Virus record (IMG/VR): IMGVR_UViG_3300027801_000026
Span: 1 to 57,037 of that record
DNA length: 57,037 bases
Reading direction: 5' to 3' (one strand)
From: a virus
Lineage: Duplodnaviria; Caudoviricetes
The notes beneath the pieces were generated by a model, which saw only the letters and a list, made by a program, of their open reading frames with translations, had not been told where the DNA came from and did no database searches. Every line of letters starts with the position of its first letter. The first letter of the stretch is position 1. Shown here piece after piece: positions 50,164 through 57,037 of this stretch. Position numbers and translations under genes: made by a program.

Positions 50164-50803
50164 AGTTTTTTACTCTTAATTCTTCAAAAGCGGATAATCT
50201 GTTCGTTTCCAACTCTTCTATTTCTTTCGTACCGATATCAATAAGTTCTTGTATCTCTGCCTTAACTTCATCAATTGATTTTGGTAATTTCCATTTTTCA
50301 ACAGAACCATCCTCATTAACGTACTCATATTCTTCAACTACCTCTGAGTGAGATTGTTTAAGTTCTTCTAATTTTTGTTTTCCATACACAATCATTTTTG
50401 TCCAGACCTTATAATTTTGATATGGAGCGAATAAACCTTCAACTCTAAGTAGAGTTTCTCGTTCGGATGTACAATTTAAACAAAATCCACCATTTTCAAT
50501 AAATTTTCTATCTTTATCAGATTTTTTTATTGTTTTACAGGTGACATTCTTACACTTACCCTTTTCTTCAAGGTATTTTCGTATCTTTTGAAATGCTTCG
50601 TGGTTTTTACCGGTCTTTAAGGTATATCCTTCTTTCTTTTCGAATTTGTGATTGGTATCTTCCCAAACATCACCTACTTTATGTGAGGTCTTTGCCTTAT
50701 CATAACCAATGGTTGTGTTTTTATCATACTCACCAGTTTGCACCATATCCATCAACTTTCTACGAGTTGGGTGCATATATTTTTTCTTAAATTCTTTTCC
50801 CAT
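50147..50803 (-). CDS. Hypothetical protein with Cys cluster and coiled coil
   Basis: 218 aa; CKNVTC...CLNC. Confidence 0.7.
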   Translation of the reverse strand: MGKEFKKKYMHPTRRKLMDMVQTGEYDKNTTIGYDKAKTSHKVGDVWEDTNHKFEKKEGYTLKTGKNHEAFQKIRKYLEEKGKCKNVTCKTIKKSDKDRKFIENGGFCLNCTSERETLLRVEGLFAPYQNYKVWTKMIVYGKQKLEELKQSHSEVVEEYEYVNEDGSVEKWKLPKSIDEVKAEIQELIDIGTKEIEELETNRLSAFEELRVKNYEHYI

Positions 50804-50863
50804 TATTACACATTAGGTTATATTGTTGTATATAAATATATAAAAATGAAGAAACCGTTATTT

Positions 50864-53800
50864 TTAGAAGAAAATACCTAAGATTTGATTTACACTGGCG
50901 AATGTTCCAGTTAACTTAAAGGTGTTTCCATTATATAAAAATACAATACCTTCATTTGGTACAATTTTCTTAGAACCACCGATTGATTGTAATCTCCCAA
51001 GTTCTAATTTAAGTTTTTCAATCTTTTTTGGGTCACCTGATTTCTTAACATCTTTAATTGTCTTATCAATTCGTTTTTTCATATCACGAACTGCCGCTGT
51101 GGGATTTACAGTTAATGCAGATGAAGTAAATTCTAATACTTCTGCTCCTAATCCTAAGAATATCTGTTCGAACTTCATTACGTTTGTTTTAGATATTTTA
51201 ACTTGGTCTTGTTTATCTATTTTCTTAGACCATTCTAATGTTTTCTCATCAGTAATGTTTCTCTTGTCTAATCTAAATCCCTTATCGTAGAATGCCCATC
51301 TTTTAACTAATCCCATTTTAGTTTTGTTATCTAATGAAGAAGGAGAGTTTTTATCAACCCATTGAGACCACCATGCTTGATGATAATCTGCAACTCCATC
51401 AGTATCCTTTAAACTGAATTCTTTTTGTAGTTTAGATATCTGTGAATTATATTGAGAACGTTTTTTAGCTAAGTTCTGTGATTTAGGTAACTTCATAACA
51501 GGTGGGCCCTTTATAGTATAGTTATCTTGAACATCTTTATTGATTTGTGCAATCATACCTGCTAATACTCTTGCAGCATCTACGTTTTCACCAATTGCAA
51601 TACCATCATCATTGTACTCCATAGTTCCATGGAATACCAATAATGCTTGTCCATAAGGAATAACATTAACTGATGTTGGATATATTACTTCAAGGTTCAT
51701 AAAACACGCTCCTTGTTTGAATACCTTATCTCTTTGTTTTTCAGATAATGATTTAATAGAGTCTGAAAGGTCTTTCATTGCGAAGTTATAAGCTTTTTCT
51801 AATTCACCCCTACCAGCAAACTTGGTTGCAATTCCATTGATATCCAATGCATTTTCACCTTTGTTTTTTAAATGTCCTTTATTACGAGCGGCAACCAATC
51901 TCCCATCTCTCCATGAAATTGCCAATGCTTGACCATCTGTTTTTTCTCTTGCAAATTCCAATGTACCCTCTAATGCACGATTTACTATATCTTTAAGTTG
52001 TCCAAATGTTAAATTGATATCTGTATCAAATGGATGAGACATATGGCCATACGCACCACCTTCCATTAGAAGATTAGATTCGTTTATGTTTTCTTTTATT
52101 AAACTTTCGTTTTTTCCTTGGAATTTTTCACTCAATCTAACCATAGATTCTTTACTTCTAAAATCTCGGTTTGAACCTTTGTTATTTTTAAACCCAAATG
52201 ATTTATAAAACTGAACTAATCTTGTCTTAGAACCACCGAAATCCGAGGAAGGAGTGGTGAATAGAGTTTTATTATTAGAATCTGCGTATTTAATCAAATC
52301 TTTCATTACCTTAGAACCAACACCATTACCACGTTGTTCTTTTGGAACTACAATTCTATGTAATTCTAATCTATCAGGATATTCGTAAATATCTAAGTCA
52401 ACTTTGTATTTATTTGATAAATTACTTTCAATGTTTTCTTTTATTAAACTTTCGTTTTTTCCTTGGAATTTTTCAACTTCCTTTGCTCGTAATACTGGTA
52501 AGAATCTGAATTTAGCTCTTTTTATTATTCTTCCTTTTTTTCTTACTACGTTCTTATGAACTACTTGAGTTTGTGCAATAGATAAATCAGCTTTCTTAAT
52601 ACCAGGATATAATTCTTCTGAGAATTCGGCATAAACTTGTCTATATGCCATCTTGTAAGCAATCTTCTTAAGTTTAGAAAGAGGTTTTCTACGTTTCATT
52701 GTTCTTGCTCTTCTTCTAGCAATTTCCTTACCCTTTCCTGCCATTGCTGCTTTTCTTCTTAATCTATCAGCAGGTCTCATCTTACCTCGTTCATCGAGTT
52801 CTTCATTTAAACCCATCTTTTCTTGCCATGAATCAAATGCATCGAAATCATATTCTTGTTTTTGAGAATCCCATCCACATGAATGACATAAATACTTTTC
52901 ACTATCATCAGCTTCTATTTCCCATTGATGATTACATTTTTCACATTTAACTTCCGTACCAGCTAATTCTACAATTTGTTCAAATACATTTGGAGCTTTT
53001 TTATGATATCTAAAAGTTACTACCTTCTTACCATTAATTGTTGGTAAACCATGTTCATCTTCACCAATAGTTTTAACAACTACCTTTTTGTTTTTGAATT
53101 TACCCATTAAAAGAGTATCTCCAATTTCTACTGGTAATTTAATTATTTCTTGTAATGAATTTTCAAACTCTTCTTGAGATTTTTTATCACCTTGTTGAGA
53201 ATCTAATGATTGTTCTCTTTCGTCTTTATTAGTATCCAATCCACCTACTACTGAATATCCTACTAAGGAAGCTTTTCGTGTTACGTGTTTGAACCACTTA
53301 GAATATGCATCACTTGAATAGATATCAACTTGGTTAGTTGCAGTTTGTGCACCAAGTACACCAGCTGGGAATGGAGTTACTGCTTTAACAGGTCCGTTTG
53401 GATAAGTTGGGTGTTCATAATAATCTTCCAATTCCCTAGTAGTTATCATGTTTACTATTTCGTATCCAATTTTTGCTGCTCTTTTTGCATTGATACGAGC
53501 AAATACTTCATAGTTTGGAAAAAATATATTTGGTCCATCATCTGATTGTCCTATTCCTGATTTTGATGCTTCATTTATTAACCATTCTTCTATTCGTTCT
53601 TTTGGAATAAAAATACCTTCGTTTAATTTATCAGTAATTAACTTAAAGATGGTTTTATTAAATTTAGTAAATGCAGTATCTTTAAAGAATTTCTGTTTTT
53701 GGTCCTCCGAACCATTAGTTAGTCCATGTCGTACTTGAGTACCACTTACACCACCACCACTTATAGGTGCAGCATAAACATATCCTCTATCTCTATATCC

Positions 53801-54214
53801 TTCAGTTGGTTCACCTTTATATGGTTGGAAGTATTTCCCACCTAAACGTGCTTTATCCTTTTCACCAACTACGGTTATAAATGCAGTTGTTTCTTCTTCA
53901 AACTTTTTAAGTATTTCTGTTGGTTTGTATGGATTCTTAACTAAATGTATTTTGGAACTTGGAATTCCAAACATGGTTGTCATTATCTTTACCTTTTCTT
54001 TGAAGTTAAAAGGTGATTTTAGATTATCGGTTTTATTAGAAGTTCCTATGAATACATTATCCTTACCGAACTTCTTGACAAGATGTTGGTACGTACCATA
54101 GTGTCCTTTATGGAAAGGCTGAAACCTACCCACGTAGATAACTACTGTTTTATTAATAGGATTTCCATCCTCAAGTAGTATTTGTTCTACTAAATAATTT
54201 GAAAGTTCGCTCAT
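50864..54214 (-). CDS. Multidomain protein: HxGH nucleotidyltransferase + Zn ribbon + basic domain + GNAT + ligase-like nucleotidyltransferase
   Basis: GRFQPFHKGH; CEKC..CHSC; QRGNGVGS..FYKSFGF; EKTDG..EGIVF..FKLTG. Confidence 0.75.
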   Translation of the reverse strand: MSELSNYLVEQILLEDGNPINKTVVIYVGRFQPFHKGHYGTYQHLVKKFGKDNVFIGTSNKTDNLKSPFNFKEKVKIMTTMFGIPSSKIHLVKNPYKPTEILKKFEEETTAFITVVGEKDKARLGGKYFQPYKGEPTEGYRDRGYVYAAPISGGGVSGTQVRHGLTNGSEDQKQKFFKDTAFTKFNKTIFKLITDKLNEGIFIPKERIEEWLINEASKSGIGQSDDGPNIFFPNYEVFARINAKRAAKIGYEIVNMITTRELEDYYEHPTYPNGPVKAVTPFPAGVLGAQTATNQVDIYSSDAYSKWFKHVTRKASLVGYSVVGGLDTNKDEREQSLDSQQGDKKSQEEFENSLQEIIKLPVEIGDTLLMGKFKNKKVVVKTIGEDEHGLPTINGKKVVTFRYHKKAPNVFEQIVELAGTEVKCEKCNHQWEIEADDSEKYLCHSCGWDSQKQEYDFDAFDSWQEKMGLNEELDERGKMRPADRLRRKAAMAGKGKEIARRRARTMKRRKPLSKLKKIAYKMAYRQVYAEFSEELYPGIKKADLSIAQTQVVHKNVVRKKGRIIKRAKFRFLPVLRAKEVEKFQGKNESLIKENIESNLSNKYKVDLDIYEYPDRLELHRIVVPKEQRGNGVGSKVMKDLIKYADSNNKTLFTTPSSDFGGSKTRLVQFYKSFGFKNNKGSNRDFRSKESMVRLSEKFQGKNESLIKENINESNLLMEGGAYGHMSHPFDTDINLTFGQLKDIVNRALEGTLEFAREKTDGQALAISWRDGRLVAARNKGHLKNKGENALDINGIATKFAGRGELEKAYNFAMKDLSDSIKSLSEKQRDKVFKQGACFMNLEVIYPTSVNVIPYGQALLVFHGTMEYNDDGIAIGENVDAARVLAGMIAQINKDVQDNYTIKGPPVMKLPKSQNLAKKRSQYNSQISKLQKEFSLKDTDGVADYHQAWWSQWVDKNSPSSLDNKTKMGLVKRWAFYDKGFRLDKRNITDEKTLEWSKKIDKQDQVKISKTNVMKFEQIFLGLGAEVLEFTSSALTVNPTAAVRDMKKRIDKTIKDVKKSGDPKKIEKLKLELGRLQSIGGSKKIVPNEGIVFLYNGNTFKLTGTFASVNQILGIFF
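52086..52475. repeat. 45-bp perfect direct repeat flanking the GNAT domain
   Basis: atgttttcttttattaaactttcgttttttccttggaatttttca at 52086-52130 and 52431-52475. Confidence 0.95.
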
Positions 54215-54258
54215 ATGAAATATACCGTATCAATATATAAATATAACGTATTAGATAA

Positions 54259-54375
54259 TTAGTGATTTTTGTAGATAAACGGATCTCTCTTACGGAGTTC
54301 TTCCAATTTCTTCTTGTAAAGTTTGTTTCTCTTACGATTTTTAAAGTAAGTAATAATTTTTTTGATTAGGTTCAT
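54259..54375 (-). CDS. 38-aa basic protein missed by the ORF track
   Basis: MNLIKKIITYFKNRKRNKLYKKKLEELRKRDPFIYKNH; the LRKRDPFIY ending resembles small phage proteins I recall. Confidence 0.6.
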   Translation of the reverse strand: MNLIKKIITYFKNRKRNKLYKKKLEELRKRDPFIYKNH

Positions 54376-55798
54376 TGTTTATTAGAGTATTTAGATTTTT
54401 AATATAAGTATTTCCTACTTTTTTTGCACCGTAAGAAAGTAAATTATTTCTGTTATGTATTAATATGGGTTTCAGTTCCTCATTTAATATATCCCATTCT
54501 TCATTGGTTTTATTTATAAGAGTTTTAATAACACCCAATAACTTTTGCATCCTTAACGAATTATCTTCGATATCATCATAACTTTCATCCCAATAATCTC
54601 CAAAAGTTTTGAATCCAAGAGATTTCAAGTATTTTAATACACCAGGCCTTCCAATTAAAACAAATGGATGTAAGTGTTGAAATGGTTTAAATGTTTTTTC
54701 TGATATATAATCTCCTGCTTCATAAAACAATGTTTCGGTTGTTATGGAAAAATAAGTTTCTTTATATAACTTAGCTGATTCAAATCCAAATCCCCATACA
54801 TCCCATATGTTATCATAATCAAGAACATTTTTTTCTTTTTGAACAAGAGTACGAAATCCTTTTATTATTTTATTTATAAAATCTTGGCCAGTCATATATG
54901 GCCTGTCATCAAATCCACTTCCATTAATTAAATCAAATCCAGCATCAAGTGTATATAACATTTTTATATCAAAAGAAGTATTTGTTTCATCAAATAATCC
55001 TTCATCAATCAAATAACTTATTAATATTAATCTATGTGGGGCAAGTCTTCTGTTTAAGCATAATGATTTTTTACTACGATTTGTAAGTAAATCCAAATCA
55101 GATTCTTTCATTAAACTATTTACATTTTTATTACCATTAAAATTAACAATATTATCTTGAAATAATATAGCTTCTGTGTCTTTAGATTTCGCCAATAGAG
55201 ACCATGGGTAAAAGGCAGTGTATAATAAATTTTTAGGAGGATGTGGTTGATTATCTAAATATTGTTTATAGATATCATATGTATTCATCGCTGCAGTTAT
55301 AACGATTACCTTAGATGCATTTATACCAGTTCGTTCACATGCCTTATGAATTGATTCAAATAAATTGCCATCAATACACCCCTCTGAACTATAATCAAAT
55401 ATGAAATAAAAGTTTTTTGCTTTAGAATATTCTATTGCTTTTTTAGAAATGAAATCAAAACAATGTTGTCCTTCGTGGTATGATATATCAATTCCATTTG
55501 CAATACCACTATTACCAAATGGGTGAATTGTGTAGTAAAAGTTTTCGTTTGTGTTATTTTCTATTATATTTTGAGTTGGATTGTAAACAATTTCACCTAT
55601 ATGAATATCCCTACACTCCCCTATATTTAAATTACAATCATATACAGATACTTGAGTATATACATTATTAAATTTATTTATGAAATCATGGGTTATAAAA
55701 AAATTATAATCCCACATCATATCTGTGTTATTCCAATTTATACCATTCGGAATAAATCCCCTTGGTCCTATGATATCAAATATTCTTCTAATTGACAT
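54341..55798 (-). CDS. Putative glycosyltransferase (GT10-like C-terminal motif)
   Basis: YFSITTET...YISEKTFKP...PFVLIG...L.SLGFKTF. Likely start MSIRR at 55798. Confidence 0.6.
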   Translation of the reverse strand: MSIRRIFDIIGPRGFIPNGINWNNTDMMWDYNFFITHDFINKFNNVYTQVSVYDCNLNIGECRDIHIGEIVYNPTQNIIENNTNENFYYTIHPFGNSGIANGIDISYHEGQHCFDFISKKAIEYSKAKNFYFIFDYSSEGCIDGNLFESIHKACERTGINASKVIVITAAMNTYDIYKQYLDNQPHPPKNLLYTAFYPWSLLAKSKDTEAILFQDNIVNFNGNKNVNSLMKESDLDLLTNRSKKSLCLNRRLAPHRLILISYLIDEGLFDETNTSFDIKMLYTLDAGFDLINGSGFDDRPYMTGQDFINKIIKGFRTLVQKEKNVLDYDNIWDVWGFGFESAKLYKETYFSITTETLFYEAGDYISEKTFKPFQHLHPFVLIGRPGVLKYLKSLGFKTFGDYWDESYDDIEDNSLRMQKLLGVIKTLINKTNEEWDILNEELKPILIHNRNNLLSYGAKKVGNTYIKNLNTLINNEPNQKNYYLL

Positions 55799-56336
55799 AA
55801 TACAATTCAGGATATTCAACTAATACAGTTGGTCCCCCTCTTTGCAGAGCTTCTGTATATGCTGGTAGTATTTTTTCAGCAGTATCCAACTTTATTACTG
55901 GTATATGTTTTAACATTGATGAAAATTCTTCAGTATAATCTGCTTTATGTTGATGACCAGGATCCAATGGTGTAGTTGATCCCTTTCCAACTCTAATTAA
56001 TAAAGTTGGATTCCATTCCCCATCAGACATTACATTAATCTTATCAATATGATTAACCAATTGATTTGCAGCACATATAACAAAATCCCATCGTGGATAA
56101 AATGATACAACTGATTTACCAGCCATTCCCATTCCTAATGTCATTCCCATTTGTACTTCCTCCATTACCGGAGTTTCTATCATTCTTTCTTTTGGCAATC
56201 CCTCAATTGTTTTACTCATTGGATTTCCATAATAAACAATTTGCTGTCCTATGAATATCATATTAGGGTCTTCCATGCAAAGTTTCATTGATTCTGTCAA
56301 TGCATCTAAATAGGGTGTGAATTCTGGTTCTTCCAT
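55788..56336 (-). CDS. Transketolase / E1-beta-like pyrimidine-binding domain protein
   Basis: FIGQ, RMIETPVMEE..MG...G, NQLVNH, GHQH and PTVLVE motifs. Confidence 0.8.
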   Translation of the reverse strand: MEEPEFTPYLDALTESMKLCMEDPNMIFIGQQIVYYGNPMSKTIEGLPKERMIETPVMEEVQMGMTLGMGMAGKSVVSFYPRWDFVICAANQLVNHIDKINVMSDGEWNPTLLIRVGKGSTTPLDPGHQHKADYTEEFSSMLKHIPVIKLDTAEKILPAYTEALQRGGPTVLVEYPELYYVN

Positions 56337-57037
56337 TATGGTCTTGAATTAGGATTAAATTGTTCTTTGTTGGCTTTATACCATTTTAGTGCATCTATCA
56401 ATCCACTTCTTAAATCATACTTAGGTTTCCAACCAAGTTTTAATAATTTTTCGTTTGATAATAATCTTGCTGGAATCATTGGTGCTTTGTTATTAACAAA
56501 TTCTACCGGGTTTGTGTTTCCTTCGATTTCTTTAATTAAATCAAGTACTTCCATTACAGTATGACCACTTCCATAACATACATTATAGATATCATATGTA
56601 TCAACTTTTTCTGCAACAACAATAAATCCACTTACCATATCATCAACATGAATAACATCTCTTATTTCAGTTCCATCTCCCCAAACAGGAATAGGATTTA
56701 AGTTATCTGCTACTTTTCTAATATTTGCTGGTGTAACATGACATTTTTCAAAATCATATTTATCATTCGGTCCAAATGAATTAGAAGGTCTGATAATTAT
56801 ACATTGCATTGGGTCGTGAATCTGATTAGAGAAGAACTCACATAAAGTTTCTCCATATCTTTTCATCCAACCAACTGCTTTATATGCAGGATATATGTTT
56901 GGTGTTTGTACATTCATATCTTCAGTACAATATTCTCCACCAATATCTGGATAAGTTGTGTTAGAAGAAATAAACATAAACTTACGAACTTTGTTTCTCC
57001 AACTTTGTTCCATAAGATTAGTATTCATTTCTACATT
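56336..57037 (-). CDS. NAD-dependent epimerase/reductase (GDP-fucose-synthase-like), 5' partial
   Basis: FISS..YP, RPSN.FGP.D, VWGDGTEIRD.IHVDD and LGWKP motifs. Confidence 0.85.
   Translation of the reverse strand, partial: NVEMNTNLMEQSWRNKVRKFMFISSNTTYPDIGGEYCTEDMNVQTPNIYPAYKAVGWMKRYGETLCEFFSNQIHDPMQCIIIRPSNSFGPNDKYDFEKCHVTPANIRKVADNLNPIPVWGDGTEIRDVIHVDDMVSGFIVVAEKVDTYDIYNVCYGSGHTVMEVLDLIKEIEGNTNPVEFVNNKAPMIPARLLSNEKLLKLGWKPKYDLRSGLIDALKWYKANKEQFNPNSRP

Larger units (their letters stand above)
4419..54244 (-). promoter_or_regulatory. Dispersed putative late promoter ATAYTTATW (18 copies)
   Basis: Plus-strand WATAARTAT at 4419, 5447, 6041, 8484, 8858, 10228, 17521, 22589, 22643, 25760, 26536, 34849, 35306, 38408, 45962, 47825, 50831 and 54236, each upstream of a minus-strand start. 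Confidence 0.7.

Noticed and set aside
1244-56564. All plus-strand ORFs in the track
   Set aside because: They are antisense shadows of well-supported minus-strand genes and show no recognisable motifs.
1-57037. Stop-codon reassignment
   Set aside because: Core genes are full length in code 11, and TAA, TAG (e.g. 10220, 31239) and TGA (4660) all end genes at sensible boundaries.
1-57037. tRNA or rRNA genes
   Set aside because: Intergenic gaps are short and AT-rich, and no cloverleaf or T-loop motif was seen by eye.

Overview
This AT-rich window comes from a large T4-like myophage. All credible genes are on the minus strand and read in the standard code. In transcription order (right to left) it holds: the end of a sugar-nucleotide cluster (epimerase, transketolase-like domain, GT10-like protein); a multidomain nucleotidyltransferase/GNAT/ligase-like protein; a putative lysis lipoprotein; terminase and portal; a cluster of putative internal head proteins around the prohead protease; ribosomal protein bS21; scaffold and major capsid protein; an HNH endonuclease; neck and tail-completion genes; about 22 kb of repeat-rich fibre genes including a glycosyltransferase and a Hint-domain protein; then sheath, tube, tail assembly chaperone, tape measure and a partial baseplate gene. 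A Bacteroidota host is plausible but inferred. Main hypotheses: (1) a capsid-cargo polyprotein system with 10-aa MIKLxxLLxE leaders and ES(V/I)xE linkers, into which domains insert between direct repeats; (2) virion glycosylation at S/T-G-S motifs; (3) a +1/-2 frameshift in the tail chaperone; (4) a bS21 that may free the anti-SD; (5) a late-promoter motif that is the reverse complement of the T4 one, plus a covarying leader hairpin. All family calls come from motif recognition only; no database searches were run.
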